Below are positions 10,522 to 19,568 of a DNA stretch of 43,524 nt, in pieces. Position 1 is the stretch's first letter; each line of letters opens with the position of its first letter. Below the pieces are notes generated by a model that worked only from the letters and a program-made list of their open reading frames with translations, ran no database searches and was not told the DNA's origin. The position numbers and the translations under genes were made by a program. The stretch lies in sequence record DRR723986_1309. One strand, written 5' to 3'.

Positions 10522-11007
10522 ATGAAAATACTCATGCCCATTCTGCTGGCGCTTGTCACCACCGTTGCCAGCGCCGCGCAGTGGCGCACCGACCCACTGA
10601 CACCACTGGACCAGCGCTATATGGAAGAGCGCCGCCAAGAGCTCAACAGTCTGGTGCAAATTTCCATGGGACGTAGCTTTGGCCACGGCCGCGACAGCGA
10701 CCTCCGTCTGATTCAAGACATTCTCGACCGCAAGCTGGTGAAACCCGATGAAACTGCACAACTGCAGGCAATGGGTATTATTATGGGTGAGCACCTGCGC
10801 CGGGAAAATGGCCTGAGGTGGGTAATCTACAGCGATGCCAAAGGTCGCAGCCGCGCGTTAGAGGTGCCCGCGAAAGATGAGTTTTTGTTTCCTGTCACGC
10901 AAATTTCCAGTCGCGTACGGGTGGGTGCCGAGGTTGATGTTCAAGCGATCTACCAGCGCTTAGAACAGGAAATTAAGCGCATTAAGAAGAAAATTATCGT
11001 CCGCTAA
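10522..11007 (+). CDS. Exported protein, DUF3806-like
   Basis: Signal peptide (…VASA|AQ); LQAMGIIMG…W…D..GRSRAL…LFPVTQISSR pattern; AGGAG RBS; TATAAT at 10473-10478. Confidence 0.7.
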   Translation: MKILMPILLALVTTVASAAQWRTDPLTPLDQRYMEERRQELNSLVQISMGRSFGHGRDSDLRLIQDILDRKLVKPDETAQLQAMGIIMGEHLRRENGLRWVIYSDAKGRSRALEVPAKDEFLFPVTQISSRVRVGAEVDVQAIYQRLEQEIKRIKKKIIVR

Positions 11008-11126
11008 GGGCTGAGCCGGTGCCCGACCACCGGCCTCCCCCACACGGGCAACCAAGCGCTTTCTTGGCCCTTTTTCCGGCAGTACACTTAGCTCAACGGA
11101 ACAACATAAATAATAAGGATCAGCCC

Positions 11127-11912
11127 ATGAGCGATACAGTATTACTCGAGCGCCGTGACGGCGGCGTTGCCGTTGTCACACTCAACCGCCCCGATGCGAT
11201 GAATGCGCTCAGCGCCGAGCTGCGCAGCGCCCTATGTAAACAGATGCAGCGCATCCGAGACGACGATACAGTGCGCGCGGTGGTGCTCACTGGCGCGGGC
11301 AACAAGGCCTTCACTGCCGGTCTAGATCTGAAAGAACTCGGCGCCGGAGACAACCTCAGTGCGGCAAACGATCAGGACCCGATGTCCAACCCGGTAACCG
11401 CCATTGCCGAATGCGGCAAGCCCGTTATCGGCGCGATTAATGGCGTTGCCATTACTGGCGGTTTCGAGCTTGCCCTGGCCTGCGATATTTTGCTCGCCTC
11501 TGAGCAGGCACGCTTTGCCGACACCCACGCGCTGGTGGGCATCATGCCGGGCTGGGGGCTGTCGCAGAAACTACCGAGGATTATCGGCCTGTCCCGCGCA
11601 AAAGAGATGTCGCTGAGCGGTCGCTTTATCAGCGCTGACACCGCCGCCGAATGGGGCCTTGTGAACCGAGTGTATCCCGAGGACACGCTGCTTAGCGAAG
11701 CGATCGCCCTGGCCGAAGATATTGCCTTTGTAGAGCCCGGCATGCTTAGCCGCTATCGCAACTTGATCGACGACGGTGCGAAGCAAACACTGGCATCGGC
11801 ATTAACGCTGGAGCATCGCGTATCCAGTGAGTGGAATCGACAGGTGAGTAGCGAGGATGTCGAAGCCCGGCGCTTGCAGGTTATGGCCCGCGGCCGCGCC
11901 CAACAGCGCTAG
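11127..11912 (+). CDS. Enoyl-CoA hydratase/isomerase (crotonase) family protein
   Basis: TLNRPDAMNALS, AFTAGLDLKE, GGFELALACD, FADTH; ATG 11127 behind AAGGA. Confidence 0.92.
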   Translation: MSDTVLLERRDGGVAVVTLNRPDAMNALSAELRSALCKQMQRIRDDDTVRAVVLTGAGNKAFTAGLDLKELGAGDNLSAANDQDPMSNPVTAIAECGKPVIGAINGVAITGGFELALACDILLASEQARFADTHALVGIMPGWGLSQKLPRIIGLSRAKEMSLSGRFISADTAAEWGLVNRVYPEDTLLSEAIALAEDIAFVEPGMLSRYRNLIDDGAKQTLASALTLEHRVSSEWNRQVSSEDVEARRLQVMARGRAQQR

Positions 11913-11946
11913 CGTACTTTCCCGCTGCCCCAGCAGATCACTGACC

Positions 11947-12834
11947 TCAAACGTTTAAGTAAAGCAGCAGCACCGGAATACTGATAAAACTTATCAGCGT
12001 TGAGCTAACCACCATGCCCGCCACCGTGGCTGGCTCACGCTGATATTGCACCGCCAGCAGGTAGTTAAACACCGCCGCAGGCATGGCCGACTGTAACAAC
12101 ACAACCTCGCGTACCAGCCCATCGAGTTCCAGCGACCACACTGTAAGAAAACCCGCACTTAAGCCCAGCGCCAAGCGAGCAACGCCGAGAATCACCGCGC
12201 GCCCGGCCACAGCAACCCGTAATGAGCCCAGGGAAACACCCAGTGTTATCAGCATTAAGGGAATCGACATGCCACCGAGGATGCTCAGGGTATTGCTTGC
12301 CGTCGCTGGCAGCGTCCAATCACAAAACACCAGTAACGCCGCCAGGGCACCGGCGTATATGATTGGGGAGCGCAGCACCGCGCGCACTGCATTTGAGCCA
12401 TTTAGCACCGCAACGCCAAGTGAAAAATGGCAAACCATCGTGGCTAAAAATACCCCCAGGGCCAACGCCAGTCCCTGCTGACCAAAGGCGAACAGGCATA
12501 TCGGCAAGCCCATATTCCCGAAATTACCAAAGGTCAGCGGCACCAGGAAGTTGCGTATGGAAAGCCCCGCAAGGGCGCAAAATGCCGCACCGAGCAGCGC
12601 CGTCCAGACCAGCATTAAAAGACTTGCGGCCAGCACTTCAGACAGCACAGCCGGCGCAATCTCCACGCTGCCGAGCGTTGACACAATCAACGCGGGAGCT
12701 CCGACCCACATCACCATGCGACGCACAAATTCCTGGTCGAAGGGCTGTTTGCAACGCACCCAAACAACGCCCAAGGCAGCGCACAGCAGCACCGGCAAAA
12801 TTATCGGCAGTAAGGGAGATACAACAGAAAGCAT
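11947..12834 (-). CDS. AEC (auxin efflux carrier) family transporter
   Basis: About 10 TM segments; FGNFGNMGLP and QSAMPAAV motifs. Confidence 0.9.
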   Translation of the reverse strand: MLSVVSPLLPIILPVLLCAALGVVWVRCKQPFDQEFVRRMVMWVGAPALIVSTLGSVEIAPAVLSEVLAASLLMLVWTALLGAAFCALAGLSIRNFLVPLTFGNFGNMGLPICLFAFGQQGLALALGVFLATMVCHFSLGVAVLNGSNAVRAVLRSPIIYAGALAALLVFCDWTLPATASNTLSILGGMSIPLMLITLGVSLGSLRVAVAGRAVILGVARLALGLSAGFLTVWSLELDGLVREVVLLQSAMPAAVFNYLLAVQYQREPATVAGMVVSSTLISFISIPVLLLYLNV

Positions 12835-12883
12835 GGCGGCCCTAGCAGCAGGTATTGCGGTTCATTAACAGTGCTCGGGCCGC

Positions 12884-12913
12884 ATTATGCGCGCTGCCAA
12901 GGGTAAATGGCAA
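12884..12913 (-). promoter_or_regulatory. Predicted sigma70 promoter for the AEC transporter
   Basis: TTGCCA (12913-12908), 18-nt spacer, CATAAT (12889-12884) on the minus strand. Confidence 0.55.
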
Positions 12914-12917
12914 AAAG

Positions 12918-13679
12918 CTAGAAGTCGTCTGGGCGCAGCATGGCGTCGTGTCCGCCATCGACAAAAATAATAGCGCCAGTCATGTAGTCGGCACCCGGCC
13001 CAAGTAAAAAACTCACCACATCGGCAATTTGCTGAGGCTGACCAATACACCCCAGCGGCACACTGTCACCGAAATCTCGCATTGCCTGACCAAGCTCGGC
13101 ATCAGCCAGTACCTTTTCGCTCAGAGGCGTTTGCACAATACCCGGCGCAACCGCATTGATGCGAATACCACGTCGCGCCAACTCGCCACTGCGGCGACGC
13201 AGCCAACAGCAGATGGCGTGCTTGGAACCGGCATAGGCGGAATGGGTATCGCGACTATCGGCCAGTTCGCAAGCCGCTTCCTCCTCGCCGTCGAGCAGCA
13301 ATTCCACGTAATCGTTCAGAGGCACCATCGGCGCGGAGTTCGAGGCAATCATCACCACGCGGCCGCCACGTGCTTCCAGCAAGTCCAGCACGCCTTCGGT
13401 CACGGCGACCGCCGCAAAATAATTGATGCGCGCAATCAGCGACGGCGGCTTCACCGATGGCCCGACACCCGCGCAAGGGATAAAACCATCTATGCCTTCC
13501 GGACAAAGCTGGCGAATACCGTCGATCGCTCTCTGACGGCCATTGTAGTCGCTCAGGTCCGCACAGATATCGGCATCGCGTAAATCCACCGACACAACGC
13601 GATTCCCCGCGTCGCAGAGCTGCTCGCGAATCGCTGCCCCGATGCCAGTGGCACCGCCTGTCATTGCATAGACTGCCAT
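12918..13679 (-). CDS. SDR oxidoreductase, 3-alpha-hydroxysteroid dehydrogenase/carbonyl reductase-like
   Basis: TGGATGIG, D..DADICADLS, CAGVGP, NYF and YAGSK; overall pattern resembles Comamonas testosteroni 3-alpha-HSD/CR as recalled. Confidence 0.78.
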   Translation of the reverse strand: MAVYAMTGGATGIGAAIREQLCDAGNRVVSVDLRDADICADLSDYNGRQRAIDGIRQLCPEGIDGFIPCAGVGPSVKPPSLIARINYFAAVAVTEGVLDLLEARGGRVVMIASNSAPMVPLNDYVELLLDGEEEAACELADSRDTHSAYAGSKHAICCWLRRRSGELARRGIRINAVAPGIVQTPLSEKVLADAELGQAMRDFGDSVPLGCIGQPQQIADVVSFLLGPGADYMTGAIIFVDGGHDAMLRPDDF

Positions 13680-13702
13680 GATGTTATTCCTATTATTTAT
13701 TA

Positions 13703-16153
13703 TTAGCCGCTGGCAATTAATTGACGCTTACTGCGTTCATACTTGCTCGCCGGCGTATTGACCGCAACCGCCAAACGCTCGGCATGCCGGGCCCGTTCCA
13801 TCTGCGTCGTATCGGCCTCGCCGTAGAGGGTGTTACGTTGACGAGCAACGCGCCCCATCGCCGCGATGCGCTGCTCCATTTCCTGAGGCGATGTCTCTTC
13901 GCCATGGCTAGCACCGGCGGCCCGGGTGATGGTTTCATTCATCAGCGTCCCGCCGAGGTCGTTAACCCCGGCATTCAAACAGGCCATAACCCCTTCCGCG
14001 CCCATTTTCACCCAGGACGCCTGAATATTGTCGATCAAGCCATTAAAGACCAAGCGTGCGACCGCATGCATCAGCAGCGATTCGCGGAACGTTGGCCCGC
14101 GACGAGCGCGCCCTTTCAAATAGATTGGCGATTCTGCGGCGACAAAAGGCAGCGGCACGAATTCAGTAAAACCGCCTGTTTTCAGCTGTAACGCGCGTAT
14201 TGCCAGCAGGTGATTGGCCCAGTGCTCATAGCCGTCAACGTGGCCGAACATAATCGTTGCGGTTGTTGGCAGACCAACCCCATGAGCAACTTCCATGACC
14301 TGAAGCCACTGCTCGGTATTAATTTTATCGGGGCACAACACTGCCCTGACCCGGTCATCCAACACTTCTGCAGCGGTTCCAGGCAGACTGTGCAACCCCG
14401 CCGCCTTTAATTGCCGCAGGTAATCCTCCAGCGGCATACCGAGCGTCTGAGCACCCTGCCAGACTTCCAGTGGCGAGAAGGCGTGGATGTGCATTGCCGG
14501 CGCCGCCTCGCGCAGCGTCGCCAATATATCCAGATAGGTCTGCCCGGTATATTCCGGGTGAATGCCACCCTGCAAACACACTTCGGTGGCACCGCGCTGC
14601 CAGGCCTCTTTAGCGCGCCGGGCGATTTCGTCGGCACTCAGGTCATAGGGTCGGCCACGCAAATTCTCACTGAGCTTGCCCTTAGAGAAAGCGCAAAACT
14701 GGCACTTGAAATAACAGACATTGGTGTAATTGATGTTGCGATTGACAACATAACTAACGGTATCGCCGCAGCGCCGCTCGCGCAGGCGGTCCGCTGCCTG
14801 GCAAACGGCGGCAAAGTCTTCACCGCGCGCTTCAAACAAGCTGACAATATCCTGTTGAGTTAACCGCTGCTCAGCCTCTGCTCGCTGTAAAATATCGGCA
14901 ACAGCGGCACTTGCAACAGGCCGGCGCTTAGCAAGCAATGCAAGCTCCGCCGCGGGCGCATCAGCGGCCTGCCCGGTCAGCCATTCGTCCACCCTCGGCA
15001 GGCCCTGGCCATCCACGCGACTAAGTAGGCGCGGCACCAATGCGGGGTCCAGCCAATGCTGCGCCCGTTGGACATAAGAGGGGTAGATTGTCAGGCGCTC
15101 GTGCAGGTATTTACCACTTAGCGCCGTTTCCTTGGCCAAGCGCTCCACATGTGGCCACGGCGCTTCGGGATTCACAAAGTCGGGCGTCACTGGCGACACG
15201 CCGCCCCAGTCATTGATCCCGGCAGCAACGATCTGCGGCAGCACACCGGGGCTGAGGTTTGGCGGCGCTTGAATGCTCATTTCCGCCCCAAATATCAACC
15301 GAGCGACGGCGATCGTCCATAGCAAGTCATCGAGATCGGGCTCCGGTGCCGACGCCATTTTAGTGCCTTCCTTGGCGCGAAAATTCTGCACGATCACTTC
15401 TTGCAAATGGCCAAACTCGCGGTGAACGTCTCGCAGGGCAAGTAGAGAATCAATGCGCTCAGCACGGGTCTCGCCAATACCGATTAAGATGCCCGAGGTA
15501 AACGGCACCCTCGCTTGGCCAGCGCGGCGCAGGGTTTGCAATCTCGCCTCAGGGGTTTTATCGGGCGAACCGTAGTGGGGCATGCCCTTTTCACACAGGC
15601 GCTCCGATGCCGACTCCAACATAATGCCCATAGACGCAGAGACCGGGCGCAGCAGAGCGATCTCATCTTCGCTCATGCAGCCCGCATTGATATGCGGTAG
15701 AACCGATGTTTCCGCCAAGACCCGCCCCGCAACATGGGCGAGATATTCCAGGGTGCTTGCAAACCCGATCTCCGCGAGCGCTTCACGCGCGGCCTTATAA
15801 CGCAGCTCAGGGCGCTCACCCAGGGTAAACAAGGCTTCTTTGCAGCCCAGTTTTTCGGCCTGACGCACCTGCTCAATCACGTGCTCTACCGGCATGTACG
15901 CCTGCTCGATACGCTTGGGGGTTTTGGCGAAGGTGCAGTAGTGGCAAACATCGCGACACAACTGGGTAAGGGGAATAAAGACTTTGCGGGAATAACTCAC
16001 GCCGCTCCCGAAGCCCCGGTCTCGCAAGGTCGCTGCCGCTGCCGCCAGCGTGGCGGTGTCTTCGCAGTGACTGAGTTGTCGAGCCTGCTCATCGCTGAGC
16101 GAGCCGTGCAAGGCCGTCTCTAGAAGGGCGTCAATCGACATAGAATTCATCAT
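13703..16153 (-). CDS. fbiC: Fo synthase, fused CofG-CofH (double radical-SAM)
   Basis: 816 aa; two CxxxCxxC motifs (CRDVCHYC, CYFKCQFC); SYSRKVFIPLT, GINDWGGVSPVTPDFVNPE and NDLGGTLMNE motifs. Confidence 0.96.
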   Translation of the reverse strand: MMNSMSIDALLETALHGSLSDEQARQLSHCEDTATLAAAAATLRDRGFGSGVSYSRKVFIPLTQLCRDVCHYCTFAKTPKRIEQAYMPVEHVIEQVRQAEKLGCKEALFTLGERPELRYKAAREALAEIGFASTLEYLAHVAGRVLAETSVLPHINAGCMSEDEIALLRPVSASMGIMLESASERLCEKGMPHYGSPDKTPEARLQTLRRAGQARVPFTSGILIGIGETRAERIDSLLALRDVHREFGHLQEVIVQNFRAKEGTKMASAPEPDLDDLLWTIAVARLIFGAEMSIQAPPNLSPGVLPQIVAAGINDWGGVSPVTPDFVNPEAPWPHVERLAKETALSGKYLHERLTIYPSYVQRAQHWLDPALVPRLLSRVDGQGLPRVDEWLTGQAADAPAAELALLAKRRPVASAAVADILQRAEAEQRLTQQDIVSLFEARGEDFAAVCQAADRLRERRCGDTVSYVVNRNINYTNVCYFKCQFCAFSKGKLSENLRGRPYDLSADEIARRAKEAWQRGATEVCLQGGIHPEYTGQTYLDILATLREAAPAMHIHAFSPLEVWQGAQTLGMPLEDYLRQLKAAGLHSLPGTAAEVLDDRVRAVLCPDKINTEQWLQVMEVAHGVGLPTTATIMFGHVDGYEHWANHLLAIRALQLKTGGFTEFVPLPFVAAESPIYLKGRARRGPTFRESLLMHAVARLVFNGLIDNIQASWVKMGAEGVMACLNAGVNDLGGTLMNETITRAAGASHGEETSPQEMEQRIAAMGRVARQRNTLYGEADTTQMERARHAERLAVAVNTPASKYERSKRQLIASG

Positions 16154-16875
16154 CAGCTTCTCACTACTCGCGGCGGCTCAACCGCCGCGCACTCACGAGG
16201 ATTCATCTGCAATAAGCGGCGCGCAATACCACTTTCACTCAGGTAGCGCATCGTTTGCGGGGCGCGACTGGAGGTGCCTGCACTCACCAGCGCTAGCAGG
16301 TCCTCACGGGTGTCGATATCGTTGGCCAGGCCAGGCGCGCGGAACACTTGAAGCGACAGATTGCGCGCCGCCGCCTCTGCGGTGTGGGCAGTTAAACTGC
16401 CCTCCCCATAGCGCAAGCGGATTCGGCTTGCTAGGGGCATCAACACAACATTACTGCCACCGCCGTGGCGATCCGTGGCGATAACCACTTGTTCGCTTGC
16501 CCCGCCTTGCACCGCAATAAGGTCACGCAGCTCAGCCGCGCTCAATAAAGGCAAATCACCGTGCACAATCATGACGTGCTGCGGAGGCTTATCCAAGCAG
16601 GAGATTCGATCCAGGGTCGCCTCCAACACCGCATTCAAACCGCTGCCCAGCTGCGATTCCGGCCAGCAAAGTGCGTGAAAGTGCTCGGCAAGCAGATGCG
16701 CCGCTGGGTCGTCAGACACAATCAACAGCTGATCCACTTCATCGACCGCCGATAGCTGGGCCAATACATCTTCCACCATATGCTGAAACAAGGCCCGCCG
16801 CTCAGATATGCTCAAACACCCGGACAAGCGCTGTTTCGCTTTAACAAAATCCTTCAGTGGGAGTATTAACCACAT
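16153..16875 (-). CDS. cofC: F420 pathway guanylyltransferase (2-phospho-L-lactate/PEP guanylyltransferase)
   Basis: PLK..AKQRLS, HGDLP, DRHGGGSN, YGEGS and DIDTREDL motifs; stop overlaps fbiC start. Confidence 0.92.
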   Translation of the reverse strand: MWLILPLKDFVKAKQRLSGCLSISERRALFQHMVEDVLAQLSAVDEVDQLLIVSDDPAAHLLAEHFHALCWPESQLGSGLNAVLEATLDRISCLDKPPQHVMIVHGDLPLLSAAELRDLIAVQGGASEQVVIATDRHGGGSNVVLMPLASRIRLRYGEGSLTAHTAEAAARNLSLQVFRAPGLANDIDTREDLLALVSAGTSSRAPQTMRYLSESGIARRLLQMNPRECAAVEPPRVVRS

Positions 16876-16878
16876 CGC

Positions 16879-17835
16879 CTACACCAATTCCTCAATCAAC
16901 GACAGCGTCTCCTCGGCCAAACGCCGTTTGCTGTCAAGAGTGGTCATCATACTTGGCACAGCTCGACAGGCGACCCCCGTCTGGGCGATGTCATCGCGCT
17001 GCTGAGCATCGGCACTGTCGATGATAAAGCCGTCCAGCAGGTCGCCGTAGTACTCAGCCACCGCCGCCGCCCTGCGGGGTATATCGAGCTCGTGCATCAT
17101 TTTTGCAGCAGGGCCCTTCACCGCCGCGCCAGACACAATCGGCGAAATAGCGACCACCGGCACGTTCACTTGCATGAGCGCCTCGCGACACCCCGGCAAG
17201 GATAAAATCGGATCGACGCTCAGAAATGGGTTAGATGGACAAATAATGATGCCGCGCAAGGCAGGGTCGGCAAGCGCTGAGATAATCGCCGGGTTGAGCT
17301 GAGCCGTATCGAGGCCGTCGAAAACGACCTTCTCCACTCGGGGCTCACAGCGCTCGCGAACAAAATATTCCTGGAAGGCGAGTTCACCCATATCAGTAAA
17401 CACTCGCGTTGCTACGCGCTGTTCGGTCATGGGCAGCAGCGCCGCGGGACAGCCCAGGCGCTCGCCCAACTGACGAGTGACATCCGTTAACGACTGCCCC
17501 GCCGCCAGCGCTTGAGTGCGGTACAAATGCGTCGCCAAATCGCGATCGCCCAACTGGAACCACTGGCCGTCGTCGAGTCGACGCATCGCTTCCAGCGTTA
17601 CCCAGCTTTCATCGCGCAATCCCCAGCCGCGCTGTTCGTCATTCAGGTCTGCCAGGGCGTAGAGATTGGAGTCGAGGTCGGGGCAAATTCGTAAGCCCCA
17701 GTAGTCGAAGTCATCGGCCGTATTCACCACCACTTGCAGCTGCGATGGTGGCAGGCACTCGGCCAAGCCCCTCACTAATTTGGCGCCGCCAACGCCCCCG
17801 CTCAGTGCGAGAAATTTTCCCGATAACGTCGCCAT
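16879..17835 (-). CDS. cofD: LPPG/EPPG:Fo phosphotransferase (FbiA)
   Basis: ALSGGVGGAK, ICPDLD, WFQLGDRD, FQEYFV, PSNPFLS and KGPAAKMM motifs. Confidence 0.96.
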   Translation of the reverse strand: MATLSGKFLALSGGVGGAKLVRGLAECLPPSQLQVVVNTADDFDYWGLRICPDLDSNLYALADLNDEQRGWGLRDESWVTLEAMRRLDDGQWFQLGDRDLATHLYRTQALAAGQSLTDVTRQLGERLGCPAALLPMTEQRVATRVFTDMGELAFQEYFVRERCEPRVEKVVFDGLDTAQLNPAIISALADPALRGIIICPSNPFLSVDPILSLPGCREALMQVNVPVVAISPIVSGAAVKGPAAKMMHELDIPRRAAAVAEYYGDLLDGFIIDSADAQQRDDIAQTGVACRAVPSMMTTLDSKRRLAEETLSLIEELV

Positions 17836-18605
17836 TAGCGAAACATATCCCGGTCTCGGTCGCGCAATAAACCCTGCGAGCCCTCGTCAGAGGGGCGCAA
17901 GTTAGCACCGCGCAGCAGCACCACCGGACAGCCCTCATCAGCCTGCCCCATCAGGTAAGACGCCGCCGCAGCAAGCTCGTCGGCAACGGCAATTTCAGTG
18001 ACTTCGAGAGTGCGGCCGAACAGGTCGGCATCGCCTATGCGGTTTTCAACAACCTCGAAGCCGGCAGTGCCGAGCGCAAAGCCCACCGTGCCATTGCGCC
18101 AGGCCCGCCCCGCACTGTCGTTAATGATCACCGCAATATTTGCCGAAAAACGTGCGTCCAGCGCCGCCTTTAAACGCCGCGCACTGGCATCGGGGTCAAT
18201 GGGTAACAGCAGCAACTGGGGGTCGTCTTCAGTATTGGGGATATTCGACTTGTCGATGCCAGCATTTGCGTGAACCACCCCGAGGCGATGCTCCACAATC
18301 ACCACACCCGGACGTGCCCGCAGCACCTCCCGTGACTCCTGAAGCACGCATTCCATTTGCCGCGGGTCCTTGTCGCAGCGCTGCGCCAGCGCCAGCGCGT
18401 CTTCACTGGGAGAGACATCAGACAAGCGAACATAGCGCCCTTCCGCCTTGGAGAAGATCTTCTGCGCAAGCACCAGCACATCGCCATCTTGCAGGCTTAG
18501 CTGATTGCCGAGCAGCGAACCAGCCACCATGGCGCTCAAATCGTCTCCTGGCTCCACCAGCGGGAAATTCTGCAAGGCAACTAGCTGTAATTGCGAACTG
18601 GCCAT
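17835..18605 (-). CDS. cofE: Coenzyme F420-0:L-glutamate ligase (single-domain)
   Basis: PLVEPGDDL, QKIFSKAEGR, ANAGIDKSN, DSAGRAWRNG and ADELAAAA motifs; no C-terminal nitroreductase domain. Confidence 0.95.
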   Translation of the reverse strand: MASSQLQLVALQNFPLVEPGDDLSAMVAGSLLGNQLSLQDGDVLVLAQKIFSKAEGRYVRLSDVSPSEDALALAQRCDKDPRQMECVLQESREVLRARPGVVIVEHRLGVVHANAGIDKSNIPNTEDDPQLLLLPIDPDASARRLKAALDARFSANIAVIINDSAGRAWRNGTVGFALGTAGFEVVENRIGDADLFGRTLEVTEIAVADELAAAASYLMGQADEGCPVVLLRGANLRPSDEGSQGLLRDRDRDMFR

Positions 18606-18614
18606 CTGTGCAAC

Positions 18615-19289
18615 TTACTCGTCGACACCCGTGAGTTTAATGCCCGCATGACACTGGTATTGTTTGTTTATAAATATCAGCAGAGAGGTCATCGCCTCCA
18701 CTGCCGCCGCATTGGCGATACTGCCGGCATGGAAACCGCGCAGCCCGGCGGCTTCAACCAGGTTAATAACCGTTGCCCGCGCCTCTTTATTGTTGCCGCA
18801 AACCAGGACATCACAATCGAGCTCGGAGCCCTCCTGCAGATGTACGGCCGCCACATTCTGAAAGGCCGACACCACCTTGACGTCGTCGCCGAGAATCTCC
18901 TGCGCGATCTGTCCAGCAGAGCCTTCCTCAGGCAGTTGCACCCGCGCTACTTTGGGCGGCACCAGGGGAACCGTCACATCGATCAGGATCTTGCCCTGCA
19001 GCGCGCCGCGCAGCGACTCCAGTGTGCTGCGGTGGTGGGCAAAAGGTACGGTCAATGCGGCAATATCTGCCGCCTCAGCCGCCGATTGATTATCCATCGC
19101 CTCGACTGCGACGGCGTCGACCCCGCGCTCATCCATCAATGCCTTGAGCTCAGCAACCGCTTGCTCGGCCTTCTCTTGGGTGCGAGAACCGATAATCACG
19201 CGGTAACCCGCCTGGGCCCAGCGTCTGGCTAAGCCTGTACCCAAATTACCGGTACCGCCTAAAATCGCAATTACTGCACTGTTGGACAT
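18615..19289 (-). CDS. npdG: NADPH-dependent F420 reductase (F420H2:NADP+ oxidoreductase, Fno)
   Basis: LGGTGNLGTGLA, IIGSR, DVTVPL, GSAGQ, VVSAFQNVAA and AVEAMTSLLI motifs; ATG 19289 behind AAAGGT; first gene of the cof operon. Confidence 0.93.
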   Translation of the reverse strand: MSNSAVIAILGGTGNLGTGLARRWAQAGYRVIIGSRTQEKAEQAVAELKALMDERGVDAVAVEAMDNQSAAEAADIAALTVPFAHHRSTLESLRGALQGKILIDVTVPLVPPKVARVQLPEEGSAGQIAQEILGDDVKVVSAFQNVAAVHLQEGSELDCDVLVCGNNKEARATVINLVEAAGLRGFHAGSIANAAAVEAMTSLLIFINKQYQCHAGIKLTGVDE

Positions 19290-19382
19290 ATCACATACCT
19301 TTATCTTTATGTTGAAACTCACGACTGGACGCTATCGCCGACGAACACAGCGGCAGGCTCCCAGCACATCAAACCGATCGCC

Positions 19383-19410
19383 AGTATAACGTGGGCACTA
19401 TAACTGGCAC
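19383..19410 (-). promoter_or_regulatory. Possible sigma70 promoter of the F420 operon
   Basis: GTGCCA (19410-19405), 16-nt spacer, TATACT (19388-19383) on the minus strand, inside an inverted repeat. Confidence 0.4.
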
Positions 19411-19568
19411 TGACAAAACAAGTCATTTACGCATAAAAATACGGTCATATTAAATCGTGGGCTAAAGCGATAAACTGTCGCCCAAAAATTTCGTGGCGAT
19501 TATTGGCTCGCAAGAAGCCAAGCCGCCGCAAACACTAACATGACAGGACACAAGGTAGGTAAAAAGGA

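Noticed and set aside
11947-12917. AEC transporter as last gene of the F420/3-alpha-HSD operon
   Set aside because: It has its own good sigma70-like promoter (TTGCCA-18-CATAAT), so membership is unsupported, although read-through cannot be excluded
19454-19471. ATCGTGG-GCTA-AAGCGAT as a fourth copy of the 18-bp box
   Set aside because: Only the outer bases match, the inner CC/GG core is lost, and there is no -10 at the expected distance
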